Shown here one piece after another: positions 1 to 9,120 of a stretch of DNA of 64,000 nt. The notes beneath the pieces are model-generated. The model made no database searches. It saw only the letters and a list, made by a program, of their open reading frames with translations, and was not told the DNA's origin. The translations under genes and the position numbers were made by a program. The DNA is taken from IMG/VR virus record IMGVR_UViG_3300006163_000001; one strand, given 5' to 3'. Numbering within the stretch: position 1 is the stretch's first letter; every line of letters starts with the position of its first letter. This DNA is from a virus.

Positions 1-113
1 ACGACGACCTCGTGCGCCGGCTGAACAAGCTCGCCAACGACCCCGAGTTCGCCTCGGTCCTTGAGCGCAAGGACGCGACGCTCCTCGAAGTGCTTGAGAG
101 CGGCACTCTCTGA
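1..113 (+). CDS. 3' end of an unknown plus-strand CDS (partial; ...DDLVRRLNKLANDPEFASVLERKDATLLEVLESGTL*)
   Basis: Open frame from the window edge to TGA at 111-113, with high GC3. It converges on the minus-strand operon. Confidence 0.4.
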   Translation, partial: DDLVRRLNKLANDPEFASVLERKDATLLEVLESGTL

Positions 114-139
114 CTCCACGCCCCTCCTCCCTTCCTCCT

Positions 140-160
140 GGGCCCCGCTGTGCGGGGCCC
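140..160. terminator. Bidirectional hairpin between convergent genes
   Basis: GGGCCCCGC-TGT-GCGGGGCCC, a perfect 9-bp stem between the stops at 113 and 171. Confidence 0.6.
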
Positions 161-170
161 TCGTCGTGTC

Positions 171-1043
171 CTAGGCGGCGAGCTCGGCGTCTGCCGGTTC
201 GTCGGCGGGCTGATGGCCGCGGCGTGCCTGGTGGGCCCTCTTGGCGCGTTCACGGAGCACGACGTTGAGCTGGTCGGTGGTGTACTTCTCGTTGGCGCCG
301 AGCTGCTTGGCGATGGACGGCACGGATTCACCGAGCAGGTAGAGGTGTTCGATCTCCGCTTTGCGCAGGGAGTCTCGGCCGTTCTTCGCGGCCGGCTTGT
401 AGGTGGGCAGCCGTTCGGGCTTCGCGGTGGGGTCGTCGATGTTTCCGTCCCAGGCGAAAGGGCCGCTCCAGCCGCGGCGGCGCGCGAGATAGGGGGCGCG
501 ACGGGAGGGGCCTGGCTGCCAGCGGAGCTTTTCGTAGAGGGCTGCCATGCCCTGGGCGACGGCGGCGCTGACGGTGGTCGGCTCGTGGTAGAGGATCCGG
601 CCGAGGTGGTTGGTCGCCATGGGCACGCCTTCGGCGATGGCGTAGATCGGGTAGCCGATGGCGTGGAGGGCTTGGCCGCGGCGGATGGTGCCGGTGCTGT
701 CTACGCGCGCGTTCATGGGGGTGCCGGTCGGGCCTGGTGAGCGCAGGATGCGGGCGGCGACGCGTGGTGCGATGGTGGGCTGCCCGCGGAGGAGCTTGGA
801 GATGTCGCCGGATTTCTTGCCGACGGCGTCTCCGATCTGCGTCTGGCTGTAGCCCTGGTCGACCCAGTCCTGCAGGCGGGCGCGGACGGGCGTTGCGTCG
901 ACGCGCACGGGCTGGCGGACGGTTCGCATTCGGTACTGCTTGCAGTAGCGCTTGTTGGCGTTGATGCAGGGCAGGCAGCGGCAGCCGCGCATGTAGCGGG
1001 GGCGCTTTCCATGCGGCGGCAGCGGCTTGGCGGCGGTGGTCAT
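171..1043 (-). CDS. DNA-binding protein (N-terminal Cys-rich motif, C-terminal HTH-like region)
   Basis: ATG at 1043 preceded by GGGGGAGAA. Contains CRCLPCINANKRYC and, near the C-terminus, IEHLYLLGESVPSIAKQLG (HTH-like). Confidence 0.6.
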   Translation of the reverse strand: MTTAAKPLPPHGKRPRYMRGCRCLPCINANKRYCKQYRMRTVRQPVRVDATPVRARLQDWVDQGYSQTQIGDAVGKKSGDISKLLRGQPTIAPRVAARILRSPGPTGTPMNARVDSTGTIRRGQALHAIGYPIYAIAEGVPMATNHLGRILYHEPTTVSAAVAQGMAALYEKLRWQPGPSRRAPYLARRRGWSGPFAWDGNIDDPTAKPERLPTYKPAAKNGRDSLRKAEIEHLYLLGESVPSIAKQLGANEKYTTDQLNVVLRERAKRAHQARRGHQPADEPADAELAA

Positions 1044-1342
1044 TTCTCCCCCGTTCGGTGTTGGTTGGTGGCGTTGAGGATTTGCAGGCAGGTGAGGAGG
1101 TCGTCGCTGTTGCTGCCGGGGGCGGTGTCGTGGGCGGGCGGCGCGTCGCACAGCAGCCGCCAGGCTTTGGCCCGGTCGCGGCGTTCCTGACGCCGGGCTT
1201 CGAGCCGCTGCCAGATCCGTCCAACACCCCAGAGGGCGGTGCCGCCGGCGACGGTGATGCCGATGCCGGGCCCGTAGGTGTCGATGGCATGTTGCAGGCC
1301 GGTGAGCCCGTTGGTGACGGCGTCGATCTGTTCGGGGGTCAC
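1040..1342 (-). CDS. Hypothetical membrane-associated protein
   Basis: 100-aa ORF with an ATGA overlap to the downstream gene and a hydrophobic central segment. Confidence 0.55.
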   Translation of the reverse strand: MTPEQIDAVTNGLTGLQHAIDTYGPGIGITVAGGTALWGVGRIWQRLEARRQERRDRAKAWRLLCDAPPAHDTAPGSNSDDLLTCLQILNATNQHRTGEK

Positions 1343-1443
1343 GTCCGCCTCCCGGTGCGTGCGGGGCGGACGATGAGGGCGAAGACGACGGCGGCGACGC
1401 CGATGGTGGCGGCGAAGCAGGCGAGGAAGAGGGCGGCGGTCAT
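1339..1443 (-). CDS. Small single-pass membrane protein (34 aa)
   Basis: MTAALFLACFAATIGVAAVVFALIVRP..., coupled on both sides to neighbouring ORFs. Confidence 0.4.
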   Translation of the reverse strand: MTAALFLACFAATIGVAAVVFALIVRPARTGRRT

Positions 1444-2192
1444 GCGGCGCCTCCGGCGAGCGTCAGCGGTATGGCGGCGAGCCGGAGGGCGGCGGCCTCG
1501 CAGTAGTCCTCGCGGGCTTCGATGCCGATGGCGCGTCGGCCCGCGGCTTGGGCGGCGTCGAGGGTGCTGCCGGATCCGGCGAACGGGTCGATGACGAGGC
1601 CGCCTTCGGGGCATGCGTAGCGGATCAGTTGGTCGAGGATCTCGACGGGTTTCTCGGTGGGGTGGCGCCGCTGGTAGCGGACGGATGCCGCCTGGATGAC
1701 GGAGCGGGCGAGGCGGGTTCCGTCGTCGACATAGGTGTGCGCGCCGATCTTCCCGGTGTGTGGGGTGCGGGAGTCGCGTCCGCGGGCGGATTTGTCGGGT
1801 CCCCTGTAGGCGGTGCGCGGGGTGTCGTGGTGGATGCCCCGCCAGTCGCCGCGGTACCAGTGGGTGACGTGTTCGTGGACGCGGCGGAAGCGGTCGCGGG
1901 CGAAGCCGGAGCCGTTGCGCTTCTCCCACACCACGTCTTGGCTGAGCTTCCAGTCGGTGAACTCGCCTGCCCGGTCGAGGAACATGCGCATGCTGCCGAA
2001 GCACCACATGCTGCTCGCGGCTGTGGCGGCCAGGGTGGGCCATCCGTCGGGCCAGACGTCCCAGCCGAGGCTGGTCGACTGGTACGGCGGGTCGGCGACG
2101 ATCAGGTCCGCGGTGATGCCGAGCGCGGGGAGTATCTCCCGCATGTCGCCGAGGTACAGCTGGACGGTGTCGTCCTCGTAGTAGGCCTCCAT
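1440..2192 (-). CDS. DNA methyltransferase (N6-A/N4-C class, orphan)
   Basis: DPPY motif (IVADPPYQ) and AdoMet motif (DPFAGSGST). No adjacent restriction endonuclease. Confidence 0.9.
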   Translation of the reverse strand: MEAYYEDDTVQLYLGDMREILPALGITADLIVADPPYQSTSLGWDVWPDGWPTLAATAASSMWCFGSMRMFLDRAGEFTDWKLSQDVVWEKRNGSGFARDRFRRVHEHVTHWYRGDWRGIHHDTPRTAYRGPDKSARGRDSRTPHTGKIGAHTYVDDGTRLARSVIQAASVRYQRRHPTEKPVEILDQLIRYACPEGGLVIDPFAGSGSTLDAAQAAGRRAIGIEAREDYCEAAALRLAAIPLTLAGGAA

Positions 2193-2600
2193 CTACGCGG
2201 CCCTCCGCTCGTCGGCGCGGGCTTGCCGCCGTGCGGCGCGTTCGTCGCGGCGTCGGGCGGCGACCATCTCCCGCATGGCGGGCGGTACGCCGATCCACAC
2301 GTGGACCAGGCTGTGGTGGGCGCGGACGCTGGTTCCGGCCGTGTGGTGGCGGATGATGCCCGCGTTCTGCAGGCGGATCGGCAAGCCGCCCCATTGGCTC
2401 TGCGGCTTCGGCGGATCGGGCAGCCGGTGCTTGCTAGAGATCTCGTCGATGGTGAAGGGCTGACGGGTGTCGGCGGCGGCCACGTAGTACGGCCAGACTT
2501 CGTCGACCCACGCCTCGTAGTCGTCGATGACGCGGCGGGTGGTAGCGGGGGCCGGGGCGGTGAGCTCGGTGCCGTCGAAGGCGGGCTGGATGTGGGTCAT
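2193..2600 (-). CDS. Hypothetical protein
   Basis: 135-aa ORF abutting the methyltransferase start, in the operon frame. Confidence 0.6.
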   Translation of the reverse strand: MTHIQPAFDGTELTAPAPATTRRVIDDYEAWVDEVWPYYVAAADTRQPFTIDEISSKHRLPDPPKPQSQWGGLPIRLQNAGIIRHHTAGTSVRAHHSLVHVWIGVPPAMREMVAARRRDERAARRQARADERRAA

Positions 2601-2929
2601 GACGCTGCCTCCTCGGGCGTGCCGTGCTGCTCGAGCTCGGCGTCGGTCATGAGCGGGTGCGGGATCCGGCCGGTACGCAGGACGTCGCGCAGGTCGGCGG
2701 CGGAGGTGCGGAGGGTGTGGTTGCGCTCGATCCGCGCGGACTCGGCGGGTGTGACCTCGTCGACGAACAGGCCCTCACTCGGGTCGGGCTTCGGGCCGGC
2801 GATCTGCTCCCAGCGGTCGGCGAGTGTGGTGAGCGTGGCGCGAAGGTCTGTCTCGGAGTGGGTGGGCAGGTCGTAGCCGGGCCCGGTGTGGGTAAGGCCC
2901 GCGAGGACGCGGCGCCAGACGTTGGTCAT
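2597..2929 (-). CDS. Hypothetical protein
   Basis: 110-aa ORF with an ATGA overlap to the downstream gene. Confidence 0.6.
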   Translation of the reverse strand: MTNVWRRVLAGLTHTGPGYDLPTHSETDLRATLTTLADRWEQIAGPKPDPSEGLFVDEVTPAESARIERNHTLRTSAADLRDVLRTGRIPHPLMTDAELEQHGTPEEAAS

Positions 2930-2989
2930 CTGTGGTCTCCTTGGAGTGGCCGGCCGCGCTGCCCGCGGCCGGCCGTTCGCGTGTGCGGG

Positions 2990-3925
2990 CTACTGCTCGG
3001 CGTCGACGAGTTCGGCGTCGTAGGCGCCGTCCTCGTCCGGTCCGACCGCCTCTGCCTTCTTGCGGTCGGCGATTTCCTTGAGGTCGGCGATGAGCTGGTC
3101 GTTGAGGTGGCCTGCGGCGAAAGCGCGGCGGTAGACGTCGCCGACGTCGTCCGGGGTCAGGGCGCCTTCGGCTTCGGCGAGGTAATCCGGGCGGGGCCCC
3201 TCGATCGCAGCCACGGCCCGGCTGCCGCTCGCCGGATCCAGGGCGACTGCGGCGGTCATCGGTCCGGCCAGCGCCTGCCGCGGGGTCACCCCGCGAAGCT
3301 CGACGACCACGACGGGGAACTTCTTCGTCTGGCCGTCGCGGACGACCTGCCGCGGCTCGATCCGCAGCGTCACCGGCACGAAGCCCTTGCCGTCGGTTCC
3401 GGCGAGGACCATGTCGACCATGCCGCCCCACTCCCCTGCGGCGTAGAAGGAGTGGGTCTCGGCCCGCCACATGCCCATGCCGGACAGATCCGGCAGCATC
3501 ACGTTGAGGCGGGACGTGGTGGAGCAGACGGTGCCCTTCTTCTGCTGGTGCCAGTCCTCGCCGAACCGGGCCGCGCAGATGCACGGCTGACGTGAGAGAA
3601 GCTCGGTGTCGCCGTCGCAGCGGCGCTGGCAGCCACCCGCGGACCACATCTCGTTGTACTGATTCAGCGGGTCCCCGGGGGTGATCAGCGCCTCAATCGA
3701 GGACGCCTTGGTGATGACCCGCCACTGGGTGATCGTCGAGTTGAGCGGCTGCCACTGCTCGGGTTCGCCGCCCCACAGTTCGGCCGCGGCGCGGACGTGC
3801 TCCTCGGAATGGGAGGTGACGACCCACGTGGCGGACCGCATGGGCCGCTTGCCCTGGGTGTAGCCGGTGCGGAGGCGGCCGTGCTCGGCGGCACGGGCCT
3901 GAATGTTGCGGAGTCGGGAGCCCAC
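2990..3925 (-). CDS. Hypothetical protein, possible recombination partner of the adjacent exonuclease
   Basis: GTG at 3925 after AAAGGTGG, 3 nt after the exonuclease stop. The function is inferred only from its position next to a RecB/lambda-Exo-like nuclease. Confidence 0.45.
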   Translation of the reverse strand: MGSRLRNIQARAAEHGRLRTGYTQGKRPMRSATWVVTSHSEEHVRAAAELWGGEPEQWQPLNSTITQWRVITKASSIEALITPGDPLNQYNEMWSAGGCQRRCDGDTELLSRQPCICAARFGEDWHQQKKGTVCSTTSRLNVMLPDLSGMGMWRAETHSFYAAGEWGGMVDMVLAGTDGKGFVPVTLRIEPRQVVRDGQTKKFPVVVVELRGVTPRQALAGPMTAAVALDPASGSRAVAAIEGPRPDYLAEAEGALTPDDVGDVYRRAFAAGHLNDQLIADLKEIADRKKAEAVGPDEDGAYDAELVDAEQ

Positions 3926-3927
3926 GG

Positions 3928-4773
3928 TCAGGCCACCTTTCGGAAGTTGCGCCACCGGGCCGGGACGGGCTGGTCCGGGGCGAGGAGGGCGGGATATGAG
4001 GAGGGGGCGGCGTGGTGCCACAGCGCGTTGACGAGGGCGCCGCGGAACGCCCTGTGGGCTTCACGTCCGGCGGGCATCTCGACGAGGGCGTGGGACTTGG
4101 CCCGCAGGTTGAGGACGCCGGTCCGTTGGATCTCCGGCATCGGTTGCTCGGTGTCGTCCGGAAGGAGGACGGTCTCGCAGTAGCGCAGTGCCGCCAGCTG
4201 CTGGGTGTTCTCCGGGTAGACGGCCTTCGCGGAGCGCGTGGCTGACGTCTTGAAGTCGATCAGCCACAGTTCGAGGGCGCGGCGCTTGCCGGTGGGCAGC
4301 CAGATCATGAGGTCGGCGGTGCCGGCGTAGCCGAGTCGGCGGTGCAGGCAGGTGATCTCGGCGGCTTCGACGTGCTTGTCGATGTCGACGCCCCAGAAGC
4401 CGAGGAAGGCTTCCAGTTGAGCGAGGTAGGGGGCGACTTCGCGGGCGACTGCGAATGGGGCGCCGAGGAGGCGCAGTTCGGCGGCCTTGTGGATGACGGT
4501 GCCGAGGTCTGCGGCCTGGTCGCGGGCGTCGATGTGGATCTGCTTGAGCTGCTTGGTGAGCGCTGCCCGGTCGGTGATCGCTCGGCGGGCGACTTCCATG
4601 CGGTGGTCGAGGATCCACTCGACGGTGAGCTTGACCGCCCACGGCATCAGTGACCGCGTCTTGTTGACCGAGGTGTCGAGGACGTTGGTGACGGAGACGA
4701 GGTCGGGTCCACCAGCTGGGTCGGTGTAGTAGCGGCCGTTTTCGGTTTCGCGGGCGTGGCGTGGCTCGGTCAC
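3928..4773 (-). CDS. PD-(D/E)XK exonuclease (RecB/Cas4/lambda-Exo-like)
   Basis: GTADL...LIDFKTS (D...D/ExK) and QQLAALRY (QxxxY) motifs. GTG start at 4773 in a GTGA overlap. Confidence 0.8.
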   Translation of the reverse strand: MTEPRHARETENGRYYTDPAGGPDLVSVTNVLDTSVNKTRSLMPWAVKLTVEWILDHRMEVARRAITDRAALTKQLKQIHIDARDQAADLGTVIHKAAELRLLGAPFAVAREVAPYLAQLEAFLGFWGVDIDKHVEAAEITCLHRRLGYAGTADLMIWLPTGKRRALELWLIDFKTSATRSAKAVYPENTQQLAALRYCETVLLPDDTEQPMPEIQRTGVLNLRAKSHALVEMPAGREAHRAFRGALVNALWHHAAPSSYPALLAPDQPVPARWRNFRKVA

Positions 4774-5105
4774 GCGACACCGTCCAGCGGCATCGGGCGG
4801 GCGCAGGCCTCGCACAGGCCGGACGGCACGAACGGCCCGTCGTTCTGCTTGCAGCGGGTGCAGCGCCCAGCCGCGATGTCCTGCAGCCGGTCCACGCCGT
4901 CGGGGTCGTAGTGGATGGCGGTGATCGCGGCCACGTACTCGGGGAACCCGGCGGCCAGCCGGTCGAGGTTGGACGGGTCGGCGGTCCCCATGGCGGTGAG
5001 GAGTGCGGTGGTGAAGGAGCCGGCCTGGTAGCCGCCCTCGCGGCCGTAGTGGAACAGGACGTGCGCTGCGACGTCCGGCGGAATGGTGGGGCTGCTGGTG
5101 CTCAT
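4770..5105 (-). CDS. Hypothetical protein with C-terminal CxxC...CxxC zinc ribbon
   Basis: 111-aa ORF containing RCTRCK...GLCEAC. Confidence 0.6.
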   Translation of the reverse strand: MSTSSPTIPPDVAAHVLFHYGREGGYQAGSFTTALLTAMGTADPSNLDRLAAGFPEYVAAITAIHYDPDGVDRLQDIAAGRCTRCKQNDGPFVPSGLCEACARPMPLDGVA

Positions 5106-5232
5106 GTGTCCTCGTTTCTGGGTGCACTAAGGGCGGGCCCGCTCCGCTGGGCGGGGGGTGCTCCGGCGGAGCGGGCCCTGGATGGCCGCGGCGCACAACG
5201 GGGGGAAAGCGCCAGGCGGCCGGTCTGTGTGG

Positions 5233-5778
5233 CTACTTGGCCTTGGCGGCGAGTGCGGCCCTGACTGCGGCGGTGATCTGGTCGCTGACCTTGTTGCCGA
5301 GCTCGCCGGCGACCATTTCGCGGGCCTGCTTGACGGCGTCGGCGATCTCCGCCCCGAACGCCTTGTGGACCTCGTCGCGCACCAGCTTCTGCAGGACGGT
5401 GCCGTCCTCGCGCCGGTACTTGTCGGCGGGCTCCTTCATGAACTTGCGGGCCTCGTCGACGATGACCTCGGACAGTGTGGTGACCTGCCCGGTGGGTTCG
5501 CCGTAGCCGTTGGTTTTCTTGATGGGCCGGGTTACGGCTTCGACGATGGCGGGGCGGATTGCGGCCCGGATCTCCTCGTCGCGGATCTCGGTGACCCGCT
5601 CTTTGAGGCGCGGGTAACGGTCGTCGCGGACGACGCTGGTGACGATCCGTTCAGCGACCAGGTCGGCGACGGTCTTCTCTCGGCCTGCGGGGACAAGGTC
5701 TCCGTCCTCGTCGTAGCTCATGACGTCTGCGACGACGGTCGAGAGGGTGATGTCGTCGACCTTGATTTCGATGTTCAC
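5233..5778 (-). CDS. Hypothetical protein
   Basis: 181-aa charged ORF with good GC3 in the operon frame. Confidence 0.6.
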   Translation of the reverse strand: MNIEIKVDDITLSTVVADVMSYDEDGDLVPAGREKTVADLVAERIVTSVVRDDRYPRLKERVTEIRDEEIRAAIRPAIVEAVTRPIKKTNGYGEPTGQVTTLSEVIVDEARKFMKEPADKYRREDGTVLQKLVRDEVHKAFGAEIADAVKQAREMVAGELGNKVSDQITAAVRAALAAKAK

Positions 5779-5842
5779 GCGTTCTCCTGGGATGCTTGTT
5801 CGGATCCCCGGGTGTCTGCCGCACTCGGGGATTTTGGGCGGG

Positions 5843-6484
5843 TCAAGCGGCGGTCGGCTCAGCGACCGGCTCGTCGCGCTTTGCGGCCTTCCACGCGTCG
5901 AGTTCGCGGCGGAGTTCGAGGTCGGCGCCTTCGCGACGGATCGGCATCTGCCCGCCGAGGAAGTCGGCGGCGACGATCAGCGACATGCGGCCCTCGCCCG
6001 TCGACCACATCTGGACGGGCTTCGGCAGGTTCTTCCAGGCGCCGAAGAACTTCGGGTCCATGGCCATCTGGGCATCGGCGGCGGGCTTCTCCAGGGCGGG
6101 CAGGAGCAGCTTCCGCCAGTCCAACGGGGCCTTGGTGTACGGGCTGAAGTCGACGGCGACCCGGTGCCCGCGCTTCCCCGAAAGGATCAGCTGGCTGTCG
6201 GTGCGCTCCAGTTGGACGGTGTCCGCGTCGAGGAGGCGCACAGCGGCGGCGAGCTCGGGAATCTGGGTGCGGTGGACGATGGCCGCCCACGGTTCGTCGT
6301 CTCCGCCGGTGACCTGCGTGCGGGCTACGGCGATCGTGTACCGGTTGGTGGCCATGGCGTACAGGTGGCGGCCGTCGTGGTCGAAGGTGATGCACTGGAC
6401 GGCTTCGGCGTCGACCAGGTTCCCGACGTGGGGGCGGGTTTGGGCGACGAGGCGACTGAGGGTGTGGTCGGCGATGGTGATCAC
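5843..6484 (-). CDS. Truncated sliding-clamp-like protein (DnaN paralog, 213 aa)
   Basis: AMATNRYTIAVAR parallels LWATDRYRMAERS in the adjacent DnaN. The C-terminal ...LIVAADFLGGQMPIR resembles the clamp C-terminus ...YRHLVMPVRL. Confidence 0.55.
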   Translation of the reverse strand: MITIADHTLSRLVAQTRPHVGNLVDAEAVQCITFDHDGRHLYAMATNRYTIAVARTQVTGGDDEPWAAIVHRTQIPELAAAVRLLDADTVQLERTDSQLILSGKRGHRVAVDFSPYTKAPLDWRKLLLPALEKPAADAQMAMDPKFFGAWKNLPKPVQMWSTGEGRMSLIVAADFLGGQMPIRREGADLELRRELDAWKAAKRDEPVAEPTAA

Positions 6485-6505
6485 AGCTGGGGTCTCCTGG
6501 GCGGG

Positions 6506-7615
6506 TCAGAGGCGGACGGGCATGACGAGGTGGCGGTAGTCGGTGGTGTCGTCGCCGTCTGCGTGGACGAGGGCCGGCTTGGTGGGCGCGGTGAGTCCGA
6601 TGCGGACCTGTTCGGTGCCGGCGACGGTCAGCGCGTCGAGGATCGGCGCGGGCTGGAAGGCGATCTGCAGCGGCGGCCCGTCGATGTGGCGGCCTTCGAT
6701 GTAGTCGAGGGCGACAGCGCCGGTGTCGTCGCCGGCGGCCCGCACGGAGATGTCGTCGGTGCCGAAGCCGATGAGGATTTTCGGCTTGCCGTCTCCGGCG
6801 ACCAGGCAGGCTCGTTTGATGGCGGTGACTAGGCCGTCGACGGGGATGATCGCCTCGGTGGTGAACTGCTCCGGGATGAACTGGTGCGGGTCGAGGCGTC
6901 CGGTCTCGTCGAGCCGGTCCACGGTCGAGTAGCGGATGCTGTCCGCGACCCCGACGGTCTTTCCGGTCAGGGCGAGGCCGATTGTTCCGGTGAGGCCGCG
7001 GACCGCATCGGCGAGGGACTTGCCTGCGATGAGCGCCCCGACCGGGCCCTGTTCCCGGGCCGGTGTCCACGGGATGGAGCGTTCGGCCATGCGGTAGCGG
7101 TCGGTTGCCCACAGCGTCAGCCGGTCGCCGACGGCGGTGAGTTGTACGCCGGCCCGCCACACCTGCAGGTCGTTGACCTTCGGGTCGGTTGCGGACACGG
7201 TCTGCCGGACGGCCTCGGCGAGTTCTGCGGCGTCGACGGTGCCGTCCGCCTCCAGCTGGTCGGCGACCTGCGGGTAGTCGGCGGCCTGCAGCAGCGACAG
7301 CCGGAACCGGTCCCGGCCTGCGGTGATCTCGGCCTGCTGGTGGTCTGTGGCCAGTTCGAGCAGCTCGGACCGGTAGGAGGCGACGACTTGGGCGGCCATG
7401 CGGCCGGGGACGACGATCCGGCCCGGCTCCAGGACGTCGGCGGGCAGGGTGGCCCGTGCGCCTCCGCCGTGGCTGGCGGCGCCGATGGTGACGGTGTCGT
7501 CGGCGGCGTCGATGAGCAGCCCGGCGAAGATGGGCATGGTGGGTTTGGCGTCCAGCTGGGTGGCGGCCCAGGCGAGGAGGTCGGCGAACTGGCGCCGTGT
7601 GACACGGGCCTTCAC
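6506..7615 (-). CDS. dnaN: DNA polymerase III beta sliding clamp
   Basis: GTG at 7615 after GGAGGAGG. 369 aa with clamp-like three-domain length, an ATDRYR motif and a MPVRL C-terminus. Confidence 0.85.
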   Translation of the reverse strand: MKARVTRRQFADLLAWAATQLDAKPTMPIFAGLLIDAADDTVTIGAASHGGGARATLPADVLEPGRIVVPGRMAAQVVASYRSELLELATDHQQAEITAGRDRFRLSLLQAADYPQVADQLEADGTVDAAELAEAVRQTVSATDPKVNDLQVWRAGVQLTAVGDRLTLWATDRYRMAERSIPWTPAREQGPVGALIAGKSLADAVRGLTGTIGLALTGKTVGVADSIRYSTVDRLDETGRLDPHQFIPEQFTTEAIIPVDGLVTAIKRACLVAGDGKPKILIGFGTDDISVRAAGDDTGAVALDYIEGRHIDGPPLQIAFQPAPILDALTVAGTEQVRIGLTAPTKPALVHADGDDTTDYRHLVMPVRL

Positions 7616-7773
7616 GCCGCCTCCTCCGCTCCGGTGTCGTCGAAGGCGAGCTGGTCGGGGTCGGCGGCTGGCGTCTCCGGCTCGGGCTCCGGGGCGGCGA
7701 CGGGCCAGGGCTGGGGCTGTCCGCTGCCGGTGACGGCGGTGTCGGGGAACAGGGCGAGCTGGGTGGCGTCCAT
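7612..7773 (-). CDS. 53-aa acidic protein with N-terminal QLALF clamp-binding-type motif
   Basis: ATG at 7773 after AGGAG. Sequence MDATQLALFPD...FDDTGAEEEAA. Its stop overlaps the dnaN GTG (GTGA). Confidence 0.55.
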   Translation of the reverse strand: MDATQLALFPDTAVTGSGQPQPWPVAAPEPEPETPAADPDQLAFDDTGAEEAA

Positions 7774-7791
7774 GGCGGTCTCCTGGCAGGG

Positions 7792-8457
7792 TCAGGCGGC
7801 CGTGGCCGCGGAAGGGATGGGGGCGCCGGCCTGTTCGGCGGGGACGTCGTCCATGGCGCGGATCAGCTCGCAGCCGGGGCATTCGCAGCGCCAGCCGTTC
7901 TCGCCACTGCCCTTCTGGCCGTGCTCGGCGTGCAGTCGCTGGCCCTGCTCGGCGACGAACTCGCGCAGCCGCCAGATCTCGTCGCGCTGCTTCTCGACGA
8001 GCTGGATTTCCTGGTTCTGGCGGCGAACATCGGCGAGCTGGCTTTCGCCGCCGCCGAACGCGCCAAGTGGCAGATGTCCGGCCTGATCGGCGGCGGCCTT
8101 CAGTTCACGGGTGAGCTCGACCGGCACCCGCCCGTCAGGCAGTTCGGCCGCGCGATGGATCAGTGCGTTGATTTCGCGGGCGGACTGGGAGACGAGGCTG
8201 TTCAGGTAGATTCCGGCCCAGGCCCGCCTGTCCTCGACGGCCGTGCGTCGGGCCGCGGTGCGGGTGGCGCGCTCGCTCTTCGCTCGGTCCTGCAGCAGGT
8301 TGCTGTAGTTGTTCTCGTGGCGGCGGGACTCCTTCCAGGAGCGGTCCACCTCGTTGAGGAGTACCTCGACGTCGCTCAGGCCGGTGACGTTGTCGCCGAG
8401 TCGGGCATGCTCTTCACGTAGGGCGGCGACACGCTCGGCGGCGGATGTGTTGGTCAT
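7792..8457 (-). CDS. Coiled-coil protein with C-terminal CxCxxC
   Basis: ATG at 8457 (the track ORF begins at a TTG at 8466), with GGAGG upstream. Confidence 0.6.
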   Translation of the reverse strand: MTNTSAAERVAALREEHARLGDNVTGLSDVEVLLNEVDRSWKESRRHENNYSNLLQDRAKSERATRTAARRTAVEDRRAWAGIYLNSLVSQSAREINALIHRAAELPDGRVPVELTRELKAAADQAGHLPLGAFGGGESQLADVRRQNQEIQLVEKQRDEIWRLREFVAEQGQRLHAEHGQKGSGENGWRCECPGCELIRAMDDVPAEQAGAPIPSAATAA

Positions 8458-8569
8458 TGCGGGCAACCTCCGTGGGATGCTGGTGGTGGATCCCCGTCGA
8501 CTTCACCTCGACGGGGGTTTCTTCTTGGGCGCCGCCTCGCCGACCGGTGGCATCCGGCGCGGCGGCTAG

Positions 8570-9025
8570 TCAGTGGGTGGCGATGTGCCCGGGGTCGGTG
8601 ACGGGCCCGAGGAGTCCGGCGTCGCGGGCTTCCCAGAGGGCGGTCACGTTGATCGGCCCGGTCGCCTGGTCTTCGATCGCGCTGGTGTCGCGGACCATGG
8701 GCGGCACGTCGACGCGGGCCGCGTTGGCTTCGGCGGCGAGCTGGGGTCCGAAGCGGGCCTGCAGTTGCAGGGCGCGGTCCCGCCACTCGTTGCGGTCGGT
8801 GGTGAGTTCGTCGATGTCGGCCTGCTGCTGCACGACGATGAGTTCGGCGTCGCCCTGCCTGGTCCGGGCTTCGTCGAGGTCTTGGCGAAGGAGTGCGACC
8901 TCGTCTCCCGCGGCGTGCAGGTTGCTGAGGAGGATGACGTTCTCCCGGCGGAGCTCGGCCACCTTGTCGACGGCGCGGCGGCTGCCGGATCCCCGCAGGC
9001 CGGGGATGAGTTCGGTGAGTGTCAC
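8570..9025 (-). CDS. Coiled-coil hypothetical protein
   Basis: 151-aa ORF with heptad-like charged repeats. Confidence 0.6.
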   Translation of the reverse strand: MTLTELIPGLRGSGSRRAVDKVAELRRENVILLSNLHAAGDEVALLRQDLDEARTRQGDAELIVVQQQADIDELTTDRNEWRDRALQLQARFGPQLAAEANAARVDVPPMVRDTSAIEDQATGPINVTALWEARDAGLLGPVTDPGHIATH

Positions 9026-9120
9026 TGCTGTCCCTTCCGGGCTTGGATGCGGGCGGCGATGTACTCGCCGAACAGGAGGAGGAAGACGGCCCCGGCGATC
9101 AGGAGCGCGTTGAGGATCAC
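9022..9120 (-). CDS. Small membrane peptide (32 aa)
   Basis: VILNALLIAGAVFLLLFGEYIAARIQ..., with GTGA coupling. Confidence 0.35.
   Translation of the reverse strand: MILNALLIAGAVFLLLFGEYIAARIQARKGQQ

Noticed and set aside
1548-2876. Long plus-strand ORF (442 aa) overlapping the methyltransferase and its neighbours
   Set aside because: Gly/Ala/Val/Arg-rich low-complexity translation typical of antisense shadow ORFs in high-GC DNA. The opposite strand carries clear DPPY and FAGSGST methyltransferase motifs.
3928-5196. N-terminal extensions of several track ORFs (for example 3928..5196, 6506..7882, 33741..35873, 35898..37685, 54527..55306, 62185..62997, 63188..63946)
   Set aside because: The upstream parts are Arg/Pro-rich and overlap the 3' ends of well-supported upstream genes. 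Internal ATG/GTG starts with RBS and ATGA/GTGA coupling give sensible proteins, so the shorter coordinates were used.
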